Assembly (NCBI RefSeq): GCF_001194135.2
Contig: NC_068987.1
Span: forward strand, 32,631,794-32,669,701
Direction: 5' to 3'
Origin: Octopus bimaculoides
Taxonomy: Eukaryota
Length of the DNA stretch: 37,908 nucleotides
Shown in pieces: positions 24,486 through 35,419 of this stretch. Within the stretch, counting starts at the first letter, position 1. Each line of letters begins with the position of its first letter. Under the pieces are notes generated by a model that did not search any database, was not told where the DNA came from, and worked only from the letters and a program-made list of their open reading frames with translations. The translations under genes and the position numbers were made by a program.

Positions 24486-25824
24486 TATATATTTATGTAT
24501 ATATTCATATTATTTTGATACACACTGTTTTATGTTGTAATAATTTAGTGCAAGCATAGCAGGTCTTCGGTAGCATCAGCAAATATTTTGCTTACTCAGT
24601 TCTTAAAATAAGAACGACTGCTCTTGTTTAGATTCAGACAACGGTGCAATATCCTTACCTCACGAATAATTGTCATGCCAAAACATTGGTGTTTCAGAGA
24701 GTACTACGTTCCTTAAGTGAGCTGGCAGGACACATCGTCTAAAAGTAGAAATTATTCTTCGAATGCTGTATTGAAGAAAAAATGTTTATTTACATTTACT
24801 TTTATCGGAACCTATCAAGAATGAATATAAACACTATTGTGTTGGTTCTTTGTTGTTTGATGTGCTTACCATAAGTAAATATTATCTTGACCTTATCAGA
24901 AATCAGTAAATATTTAGTTTGCTGAATTCTATTAACAAGAGTGACCATACTTGTGTAACATCTATGTCTCTAAAAATAGAAGCACAATAACATGAAACAT
25001 CATTGACTCAGTGCTACGATATTGCTGCGTGTATGATGTCAAACCACATTCTTTAACAGGAAGATGTTTAAATAATATTTGGTTCCGTCATTTTTTGTTC
25101 ACAGCACCATCCATTACATAAGGAAAAGAGGTACCGCTAGAAAAATCTTCAGAGATTTAGTTCACAGGCATAAATATCATTTAAGATTAATTTATTACAA
25201 AAATAACATCATAGGACCAGATACCGCAACAGCCTCGATTTTAAGGGATCATTGGTCTTCAATATCCTTCAAAATACCTGAGAGACCGGGATAGTGTGCA
25301 TGTAGGTGTCTTCAAAACAAAACTGGGTTTCCTCCTGTCAAGTGTTCTGAATGATTCTACATCACAACAGGTAACACAGATGGAAGCATCATCATCAAAG
25401 TCCCTCATTCATCAAATACCACATATCAGAAGCTTTTATACAATGAAGCTCTAGCAAAGACAACAGTGTTGCCCCAGCATGACCTTANNNNNNNNNNTAT
25501 ATATACAGTAAACATCAGTTGACTACTTTTTAGCTAATGTTACGTCTTTAATCTGCCCACGGTTATCTGTCTCAGATATATCACATCGAGGAAAGATAAA
25601 GAGTCAGAAACGATTGTCTGTAAATCCGACAAGGAGAGGCACTGGACTGATATGATATTTTTGCACCTTTTGCCATAAATATTTCTCCCCTAGGTAACTG
25701 CAGTGAATTTTATTTTAGAAGTTGAAATATCACAAATATTTTAATTAACCTAAAATTCGTATAGATGAGTGTGTATGAGTGTTCTGTGAGTGTGTATATA
25801 TATATGTATATATATATATATATA

Positions 25825-26850
25825 AGAATAGTGGAAAATAGAGGCAAACGCACTAGATATTATTTAAATCATTTATATTACCATATCACAGACACATGTT
25901 TCGATTGATGCATTAAAATAAGTCCGAGTGGAAGAATAACGTGGAAAAATGCATCAATCTCATCAGGGAGGAGAATATAAAAAACAGTACTCATCCATAA
26001 GCCATTTTTACGGATGTAAGAAACTATAATATATAATATATATGGAAAACAAAGGTGGATAGGGAACGCTAGTAATTTTTAAATACCATTAAGAAATCTG
26101 ACGTCACCGGACGAGAGAAAAGAAGGAAGAGAGAAAGAAAATTAAGGAGAAATGGATGTATAAAGAAATAGAAAGTGAATGACAGATGAATAGAAAAAAT
26201 AAAGGAAAGAATGTGATGTCTGGGATGAAAAGAATAAAGTGTAAGTTGCAGATATTATTAGGTAAGGGGGTAGATCTTATTTGAAATACTCAAAAGTGTG
26301 TTTTTTTTCCAATGTAAACACCAGTAAACACGTTCTTTATAGGTGTTGACCAGTGTGTGTTTGCAAAAAATATAAATAGTTGTTCGTTCGTACGAAGAGA
26401 GCAGTAAGATTCCCTTTATCGTAAGGAAACGATTTTGACAACATTTTCCAATCCAAAGAAAATTGTTATTACAGTCTTTGAGATGCCAAATTAGTTTACT
26501 AAGACCCGCAATATTACGTTTATGAATATATTCAAATGTAGAAAGATGGTTGGCCAAAGGTTTTTTTTTTTTAATTCCGCAATGCCAATATAAAAATGTT
26601 CTTTAGTACCTGAACAGACTTTAAATTAAAAACAACGTTTGTAATTCTACTATTTCCGTTGAGAACGCAAGTTTTATTCGGAGCACAATTACAAGTACTA
26701 TTACTATTGATATTATTTAAGAAATGACTATCATTATAGATACTATTGTTATTACAGTTATGAAGCAAACCCCTTTTACCGTTAAGAATATAGTTGTTAT
26801 GCGAGGATATAATTTGTAAGAGGTTATTTGTGTATTATACGTACTTTCAG
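25825..26850 (-). mobile_element. Penelope-like element remnant: GIY-YIG endonuclease pseudo-ORF plus 3' UTR with a hammerhead; no RT detected
   Basis: Frameshifted STCNCAPNKTCVLNGNSRITNVVF...EHFYIG (YIG at 26584-26592)...NHLSTF...GLSKLIWHLKD...WKMLSKSFPY...YCSL...LVNTYKERVYWCLHW. The 3' end abuts (TA)n at about 25796-25823. Confidence 0.85.
25891..25966 (-). ncRNA. Minimal type I hammerhead ribozyme motif, PLE-associated
   Basis: CTGATGA, a perfect 12-bp stem II GATTGATGCATT/AATGCATCAATC with a 33-nt loop, GAAAC, palindromic loop ATGT, then GTC cleavage triplet. Proximal stem I is poorly paired. Confidence 0.8.
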
Positions 26851-26899
26851 GTCTGCGTCTGGGCTTCTGTCGTGTGTGAATAGATAATTGAAAAGACTT

Positions 26900-27496
26900 G
26901 GATTGACATTTGATTTCTTTGTACTGTTGATTTGTTCAGCATGGCTGGTTACACATGCAATTATCCTTAGCTGGCCTTTAGGAATCGGCCCACACGTACA
27001 CATACATGGTCATTCATATATACATCGATATATACATACTAACGCTCGGACACATACACACACGCGCACACACATATACATGCATATATAGAGAGAGACA
27101 CACACATATACACATATGTACGAGCATTCACATACATGCACATATACAAATATATGTACATATATACACACGCACGAGTATACATAGATGCGTGTGTGCA
27201 CATGCACATATATATATATCGAGAGAGAGAGAGAGAGAGAGAAATACAGAGAAAGAGAGAGAGAGAAAGAGAGAGAGATTCGCAGATACATACATCCATG
27301 CATACTAAACACGTGTCTGTGTGTGCGCGTACGTATGTGTGTATGTGTCCGAGGGTTAGTATGCATATAGAAGTGTATGTGAACGACTATATATATGTAC
27401 GTATGGGCTGATTCTTAAAGGTCAGCTAAGAAAAATGGCATGTGTAATCAATCATGAGGAACAAATTAACTGTAGAAAGAAATCAAATGCCAATCC
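26900..27496. repeat. Foldback (MITE-like) structure: 101-bp inverted arms around a microsatellite spacer
   Basis: The reverse complement of 26900-27000 aligns ungapped to 27396-27496 with 16 mismatches (85/101, counted by hand). Confidence 0.85.
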
Positions 27497-27744
27497 CTTT
27501 AAAACGGCAACCAATTTAACAGTAGCAGAAACAGTATTCCACTATGTCGACATATCCAAAGCGGTTTGCCAACGGGACTGCACCCACAACACACCTTTTG
27601 ATAACTCCAGGCTACGACAGACACATAGGAAGCTCTTGAAGCCAAGAATTTGAACTTATGGAAACACAAGATCTCATAATATAGGGAAATCATTGCATAA
27701 TCAAATACCTGCACGCCTGGAGAACTACGTTGCTCTCCATAGTC

Positions 27745-28165
27745 AGATCATTAATCAAGAGTTCTACTGGGACGTTTTCAAGAATTTAAGGGAAGACATT
27801 CGGCGAAAGTGATCGGATCTTTGGAGCAGGAAGCATTGGATTCTTCACGAGGATATTGCACCCTGTCACTGAACTCTCCTCAGTCAGGAGTTTCTCCCCA
27901 AAAACTTAGTATCGCTTTTGCACCCGCCGTATTTGCCAGAATTAGCGCCTGCGGATTTCCATCTCCTCTCCAAGATGAAAATGCAGCTCAAAGGTCACCG
28001 TTTTAACACCGTTGTCAAGATCTAGATTGAATCGCAGAAGGTCCACGACTCGCTTACAAAAAACGACTTCCAGGCCGGATTCCAAATGTGGGAAGGAAAC
28101 CTGGGACCTTTCTATTGCTGCGCAAGGTAACTATTTTCGAAGGTATTGATGTTAAAACTTAAATA
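27745..28165 (+). mobile_element. Mariner (DD34D) transposase C-terminal fragment, pseudogenised
   Basis: INQEFYWDVFKNLREDIRRK*...WILHEDIAPCH...HPPYLPELAPADFHLLSKMKMQLKGHRF, matching HDNAPxH and PPYSPDLAPxDF. Confidence 0.9.
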
Positions 28166-28190
28166 AATAAGTTATTTTTTTTATTAAACA

Positions 28191-29158
28191 CTAGCAGAGG
28201 CACCCGGCGTTGCTCGGGAATGAAATTGTTGCTTATATACTTGAAGAAAAAAAGGCAAAATATGCTGTATAGAAATTTGAGCACATTCTGTAGATGGACT
28301 CTCAGATGAATGATGGCTGGGCGCCTCTCATGAATGAGGAAAATTGAAGATGTGCCAAAAAGCCTCATTGGAACTTGGAAACTTTTACGAAAATTAAAAT
28401 GGGGATTAAATGAAAGAAATGATTTACGTGAATATCCTCACAAGAGTAATTGAAATAAATGGCGATTGTGGAACCCCCCACGAACGCACGCACACGCACG
28501 CGCATACATGCGTGTGTCTTTGTAAATATGTTTGTATACAGTTATGTATGTGTGTGTTTGTAAGAGACAGAGTGTGAGTGAGAGAGAGAGGTTTGTTGTC
28601 ATGTATACGTACATGCATAAATATACATACATCTTTGGATGTATACATATGACAACACAGCCCTTGACTCACTCACACTCTGTCTCTTACAAACACGCAC
28701 GCGCGCGCATACACACGTGTGTCTTTGTAAATATGTTTGTATACATTTATGTATGTGTGTGTTTATAAGAGACAGAGTGTGAGTAAGTGAAGGGGTGTGT
28801 GTGTGCGTGTGTATGTGTGTGAGACAGAGTGAGAGAGCGGTGTGTATGTAGTATTTACTCTCTATCTCTCTCTCTCTCATACACACGAACACACACACAC
28901 TCACATACACAATAGAGAGTGAAGCTTTTTAGCCGTTGTTACGTCAATACCGGAAGTTGACATTGAGGAACCTTTTAAAGAAGCGAATCTTAAATATAAA
29001 GCAATATTATTTATTTTTAATTAAAAAAATCAAATGAAGAGCCTAAGATTTATCCGAGGTCAAATTATTCACGCATCACAAGTATGGAAGCATTTGGTGA
29101 AGTCGATTTCACGTGAAAAGCGATTACACACACATCTCTGTTTTATATATAGTATAGA
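28191..29158 (-). mobile_element. Complete non-autonomous Helitron, 968 bp
   Basis: On the minus strand it starts A|TCTATACTATATA (5' TC) and ends with hairpin CCCGAGCAACGCCGGG followed by CTAG|T. Inserted between A and T. No ORF. Confidence 0.88.
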
Positions 29159-29164
29159 TAACCG

Positions 29165-30014
29165 CTGGATATTTTTGAGACCAACTCCTATATTCTGCTA
29201 GTGACGCCCTGCTGCTTTTTAGTAAGCGTATGTTTATGCATATTGTTGCGATACTTAAATCTGTTCTATGTGGGGTCAATAAAAAATCTTTTGGCAACCT
29301 GGATAATGGCTTTGAATTTGTAGATTATGTTATTCATAAGGCACTTGCCTTCAAGAAAACATTAAACGGCCGTTGTAAAGTTATTTTTAAGTGTGTTATT
29401 CGCAAAGATCCTAGTACATTTGCATTTTACCCGCTGCAATTCAGGTTCGTTCCCTTCTCAAAGTTCTTATTACTAATACTGTTTAGTATATTGTTAATGC
29501 TGATGTGTATATCATTAATCTTTGTGACCGTTATTATTACTTTTGGTTTTAGAAATAGAAAATCCTGCGACATAGAAAATCCGTATGTTAGTACTCCCTA
29601 TATTTGGGTTTGTACAAGTAAAATTTGTATTATTCCCGTTGCATTTAGTCTTACTTTGTCTCAAGTTAGAACGAGTTCTTTTTCTGTAATTTTACATTTA
29701 AGTTGAGAGTATAAGGGGGGATTACATCATCATTTCTGTTTATATTCACGGGATTACTTGTCATAGATTATTATATTAATATTTGGTTTCTGATACTCTA
29801 TCGAAAAGTAAATCTGTGTTTCATCCTGTATTACTATTCTATTAGGTGTACGTGTGCATTTCAGAGATATTAGATAACTCAGTATTATCAACTGAGTTAA
29901 AAGATGATGAAAAAAGGAACGAGAATTTTACTATGAATATATTCAGTTGGTATAAAATTAATGCATAGTTAAAAGATTTTCGTCAGGATGTCGTCAAGGC
30001 TCCCCCAAGACAAC

Positions 30015-30020
<6 letters not shown>
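29165..30020 (-). mobile_element. Second Penelope-like GIY-YIG remnant, of the same subtype as 25825-26850
   Basis: Frameshifted minus-strand RNDVI..PPYTLNL, NGNNTNFTCTNPNIGS and CFLEGKCLMNNIIYK...FFIDPT*NRFKYRNNMHKH...SRI*ELVSK. Bounded by (TA)n at 30022-30048 and by the Helitron. Confidence 0.72.
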
Positions 30021-30052
<32 letters not shown>

Positions 30053-30779
30053 AGCCTTTATATTCATCGTTATTTCTATACCATAAACTGAATGCCGCTG
30101 AATGACGTGCGGTGCGTATGTTATGCAAAGCCCTAAATATGTTATTGCGAATTAATTAACAAATTTGTCTGAAGCAATTGAAATATCTCTTCCAATGATT
30201 AAATTTCAAACACCGTTTATTGTATTACGGTGAGACCCAAGGTACCAGTGACTGAATAAATAAATTGCAATCTTGGTAGAAAGAGAAATAAGCTTAAATA
30301 GAAATAGAATGTGTGAAGGTGTAATTATATTTTTATTTTCAAATGGAAAACTTTTAGCCCCAAAATTCCATATCTATACCAAGAAATATCTATTCCCATG
30401 TAAGGGATTACTGCATTCTGAATAAAAGCGCTGTCGAATTATCTTCATTCCACCACTCCAAATATATTAGGAAATACAATTAATTCTAATATAGATACAT
30501 TAAATCTACTTGATTATCTTTCTGCTACTACAGCTAACTGATTTAAGCTTTGAGAGTACCATCTAAGCATTAACTGTTCAGCAAATTACATAGTACATGG
30601 TTATGCAATGCCCAGTATAGTTAAAGTACGTCTAAGCCTTGGTGCAAGTATATTTGAAATATTTATTTAATCACTATCACATTTGTTTGATCTGATAATA
30701 GAAAATTGTACACGCAGTAGAAGCATAAAATATCACTTAGAAATTCTTCAGACCGAAAACTATATATATATACATATAT

Positions 30780-31330
30780 TCAATTCCATACACATGTCTT
30801 TACCGTAATATCCCCACTCCAATTCCGACCCGATTCCTTCGACTCACTAACAACTACGTTTACCCGCCTTCTCACCCCGCTCACCTACTGAACCAGTCAA
30901 CTCATTTCCCTCAAATAATAGCCATCCCTTTTCACTATCTCAAACTTTAACTCTGTATCCTTCATACAAACTAACACAAAGGTCACCATTCACATACTAC
31001 CTAAACCACACTTCCCCTTTCCTCTCACCTTCCACCTCTACTATTATCATTAGTCTCATTATTAACCCTAACCCCAAAATCTATTTTCTCCTCCCACTAC
31101 TCTCTATCTAACCCCCAGCTCCTCTTCCTAACACACTTAGCTGTCCACAAAATCATTGCACCTATAGACTCCATTCAGTCAACACCTGAAATGTAAAATT
31201 CCTTCCTGAAGACGGAAGCTGGCGTTATCCGATGATGGAGTCAAGTTACTATCATTATTTTGGACCAACAAGCCACCAGAAACAGCTGTTGGATTCGCAG
31301 AACCTTTACTGAACCCCTTTAATACCTGAT
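30780..31330 (+). mobile_element. Probable Penelope-like 3' UTR/pLTR remnant
   Basis: C/T/A-rich, G-poor tract similar in composition to the minus strand of 1-400, ending in a hammerhead-like motif. Confidence 0.55.
31201..31294 (+). ncRNA. Degenerate hammerhead-like motif
   Basis: CTGAAGA (31206-31212), a 66-nt stem II region closing CGG...CCA, GAAAC, palindromic loop AGCT, GTT triplet, and a short stem I TTC/GGA. Confidence 0.5.
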
Positions 31331-31652
31331 ATCATTAATATTCTGTGTAAGTTGGACTTTTTATATGCATACATACGTACATTTATTTGTATTAAATGTA
31401 TTTAGCATTTTTTGTATGTTGACTTACTTAACTTACTTGTCATGATAATTACTCCTATGGAGGGATATAGTACCCGGGCGGGTACCCCATTATCTCTCTG
31501 TTAAGTTCCAGTTAACGGTTTACCACAACGATTACTAACGCCTGTGACTACAATTAGTTGTGAGTGGCTCCGTGGATATTTCTGATGGGTAATTCTATGT
31601 TCTATTCGCTGGACGCTAAAAATTGTCTGGAATATATTTTAATATTAATATT

Positions 31653-31688
<36 letters not shown>

Positions 31689-32126
31689 NNNNNNNNNNNN
31701 NNNNNNNNNNNNNNNNNNNNNNNNNNNNNNNNNNNNNNNNNNNNNNNNNNNNNNNNNNNNNNNNNNNNNNNNNNNNNNNNNNNNNNNNNNNNNNNNNNNN
31801 NNNNNNNNNNNNNNNNNNNNNNNNNNNNNNNNNNNNNNNNNNNNNNNNNNNNNNNNNNNNNNNNNNNNNNNNNNNNNNNNNNNNNNNNNNNNNNNNNNNN
31901 NNNNNNNNNNNNNNNNNNNNNNNNNNNNNNNNNNNNNNNNNNNNNNNNNNNNNNNNNNNNNNNNNNNNNNNNNNNNNNNNNNNNNNNNNNNNNNNNNNNN
32001 NNNNNNNNNNNNNNNNNNNNNNNNNNNNNNNNNNNNNNNNNNNNNNNNNNNNNNNNNNNNNNNNNNNNNNNNNNNNNNNNNNNNNNNNNNNNNNNNNNNN
32101 NNNNNNNNNNNNNNNNNNNNNNNNNN

Positions 32127-32160
<34 letters not shown>

Positions 32161-33211
32161 GTGCGTATACTTATATCGTTCAACTTATTCAACAGGGTTC
32201 TTTAGTGTTTCGTATTTTTCGCATTTATATAATATTTATCCTCAACTTCGGTGTTTCTTGCTGCAGTTTCTCTAATATATTTTACCTTTATATTTTATAT
32301 TATTCGTGCGTAAGCCAATAATATTTTCCTTATAATAATATTTCAATATTATAATAGAGAATTTCTTTGCCTAATGTATTTATTCTTTCTTTGTAATAAT
32401 TCATAATTATTCCTGCTGGGATAATATTTTTATTGTGAATTATTTCACTTTTATGACAGAGTCAGTATTGGTATTATTTATTAATGTATGTTTGATCATA
32501 TGTCTCTAGGTATATGTGCTTACATATATTGAAATGAATGTATATGTGCGTATTTTTGTATATATGTATTAATACAGGTCTAGACATACCGCATTAGCAT
32601 AAAAGTCTGTTAATGTGTGTTTGTGTTGGTACATACCAATATACTTCGGTAAATGAATGCACTTCTCTGCGTATGTATGTATGTATGTATGTATGTATGT
32701 ATGTGTGTGCGTGTGTGTGTATGCACGTATGCATTTATGTATGAACCTATGTATAACTGCTTATCCTAATTCTGAAAATGTTGGCTGTTTTATCATGAGG
32801 TGTTGGGCTCGATTTAGTTACTTGACACCTTAGCCAAATACCTTTCAATTGAGCTGTATATGTGAGCGAAGCTAAGAAGGCGGAAACTGTGCAGTGATCC
32901 ATCAGATGTATTTTAACTGGTTAGAATCCAGACACTGTGGGACTCTGATTCCACCAGAAAATTATGTTAAAGTTACATGTGTTCATAGAATATTTATACA
33001 TCCACATGAAAAGGCTCAGCGCAGATATTTCTACTTAACGATGAAGTAGAACTGTATCAACGAAAGCTCGGAAATACATTATATATATATACGTACTTAC
33101 ATACAGACATACGTACATACACAAATGTAAACACCAAGAACTCAAAAACATATGTATATACACATATGCACACTCTATAAACTCACATGTATGAGATGTG
33201 TGCGTACAAGT

Positions 33212-33320
33212 GCAGTATGGCTAAATGTTTAGGAAATTTGCTTTGCAACTGGGCGGTACTGAGTGTGATTCCATTGCGTGGCAACCTGGTGAAATATCAT
33301 TTCCTATAGCCGTGGAAGGT
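33212..33320 (+). mobile_element. Degenerate family 2 SINE head
   Basis: GCAGTATGGCTAAATGTTTAGGAAATTTGCTT...CCATTGCGTGGCAACCTGG...CTATAGCC. Confidence 0.6.
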
Positions 33321-33399
33321 CTAGAAGGCAGTCGATACAACAAAGGAGAACCTCAAGTGTAGAGAGTTAATGAGACACACATAGATAAATAGACAGGGT

Positions 33400-34380
33400 C
33401 TAGGCTGAAAGAGAGGTAGTCAAAGGCAAAGGAGAAATCAAAAAGGGTGCAGTTATACTGCAAAGGTGCAGGAAGAGGTTGCCGAGAGAATTTAGAAAGC
33501 AGTGCAGCAGGGTCACCAGGGGTAATAGATGATGTAGAAGAGTGGGCTCAAAAGAAAGTTTTGCTGAAATGACATACGACATTTGTGTCATTGTTATCGT
33601 CAGATATGTATATGACCTGTCTCAAATACAAACCTGGTGAGACGTAAGAAAGTAAAATAAGCTTGAATGCGCACACTGTCCAGGCAAATAAACCTTGGGA
33701 CATATCCTGAGCTCGGTCAAATGGGCACTAGCTCAAGGAATTTATACTTGGAGGCACAATCAAATGCTTAGAGAGATCTTATTTAACATATTCATTGGTA
33801 GAGGGAAGACGACACATCGGTAAAGTCCACCGATGGACTACACGTCAGGAGACAAAAATTATTTCAGAGCTTGAACAGCTGTGCCACTTGAATACTTGAA
33901 TCACGGAACCATGATATACTGAATGAACCGGATGAGTGGGAGATCACAGTAGATCTTCTAGAATGGAAAAATCACTCAGACATCATCAACAAGAGTGGTA
34001 TGAGAGAGGATATTTTCTCTACTCACACGTTTATATTATATTTATTCACTAGTTGCCGTTTCTCTAATATCTTTTACTTTTATATTTTATTATATTATTC
34101 TGAGTGAATTTACTGTGCCATGTAAAAGCAGAATGAACGAAGTCCACATCTTGAAGTCTGAGAAATATGGTTGTTCAGTCATCAAACTAATAGAATCTTG
34201 TTTCCACACAAAAGTCCTCGCTATAAAGGTAGGAGCATTGGGCTTTGTGAGGAAATCGACCTAAAATGCCATGAAACAGCTCTCAGTCGCTGGGTAAAAG
34301 AGAAACAGATCTCTGAATGCTATGAGAGAAACAGTTGAGAAGCATTGGAACCGGATCCGATCAAGGAGTATAAAAGTTAG
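33400..34380 (+). mobile_element. HERO-like (RLE-type) non-LTR retrotransposon C-terminal remnant
   Basis: KAVQQGHQG, VYDL..NTNLVR, LGHILSSVKWALAQGIYTWRHNQMLRE (decayed Zn-finger plus RHN), EWEITVDLLEW...GMREDI (PD-like), FTVP and IKVGALGFV (xEVGARGF). Confidence 0.8.
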
Positions 34381-34602
34381 TTTTAGATGGCATAACTTAA
34401 ACTCCGTTCATCTGATTGATGTTTCAAACAGAAATGGTTACGACATCCAAGATAAGTTGGTTTAGGAATGCCCTCAGCATAAAAAAAGTTGCAGTTTGCA
34501 ATGCACAGAGTAGCTTACAGTGTGGCAGCAGATGTGAATCTAGCAGATATGACTTGAATGCAGTCCACGCCTCTTAAAGTTTCTTTCTACGTACACACAC
34601 AC

Positions 34603-34642
<40 letters not shown>

Positions 34643-35104
34643 GCACTTAACATATGCCACATAAACACAAACGCGCGCGCACACTCACACTCACACGCAC
34701 AAACACGCACCCACACACACAGGTACACATATACACACTCACGCACACACACATAAAGGAGGATATGGAAACATTAAAATTAGTTTTGATAAATATCTTA
34801 TTTCGTTTTGCATAATAAATTTCTAGAATATTAAACAAATATACTAAATCGAAAAATAGTGGCTCACACATACACTAATATACGTACATGCATGAAAACA
34901 GACATACATATATACATACACATACAAGCACCTACATACGCACACATACACAGACGGAAAGAGAATTATAAAGAGCATAGATTTTAGATTTTTCATTCTC
35001 GTTTTCACTAGATCAATGAGGATTATGCAGCTTAAAATTTGATTCCGATAATTTCTATTTTTTTTAATATTTGCTATTTAATATTCCATTTTGTTACATT
35101 TCAG

Positions 35105-35201
35105 GAAAGCGTCTATCATTCTACATTTCATAAGACGTACACTGTCAGTCATATTGCAAATGTTATAGGCTGTATGAACTTAATCATAGTTGCAAATTTA
35201 G
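35105..35201 (+). CDS. Candidate exon (phase 0 to 1): ESVYHSTFHKTYTVSHIANVIGCMNLIIVANL
   Basis: Acceptor TTCCATTTTGTTACATTTCAG, donor AG|GTACGT. Only one frame is open. Confidence 0.3.
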
Positions 35202-35419
35202 GTACGTATTAATATGCATAAACACAGATGCGCTCACGTGCGCACACACACACGCACACCCACACACACACAAACATGCACGCACACACGTACACGCACA
35301 TACACACACACGATCACACACTCACACTCATACATACACACGCAGACAAACACATAAACATGTATAAAAGCGAAGACTCAAGAGATATGAGAGACAGAAA
35401 AAACTTAATATTCCATAGT

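Larger units (their letters stand above)
1393..32126. other. Ten assembly gaps: 1393-1480, 3799-3808, 8145-8540, 9597-10563, 11302-11376, 18554-18570, 20581-21250, 22426-23126, 25488-25497, 31689-32126
   Basis: N-runs read directly. Most are flanked by (TA)n or other microsatellites. Confidence 0.99.

Noticed and set aside
27499-27714. Minus-strand ORF or exon VFDYAMISLYYEILCFHKF...
   Set aside because: Sandwiched between the foldback arm and the mariner fragment, with a weak acceptor and donor.
29230-29706. 158-aa hydrophobic plus-strand ORF resembling a membrane protein
   Set aside because: Antisense shadow of the Asn/Lys-rich Penelope-like remnant on the minus strand.
29846-29950. Plus-strand exon-like frame VYVCISEILDNSVLSTELKDDEKRNENF
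   Set aside because: Lies inside the inferred PLE remnant and has a weak donor.
29905-29990. Hammerhead-like CTGACGA plus stem on the minus strand
   Set aside because: No GAAA after the stem, so it is not called a ribozyme. Noted only as a half-core.
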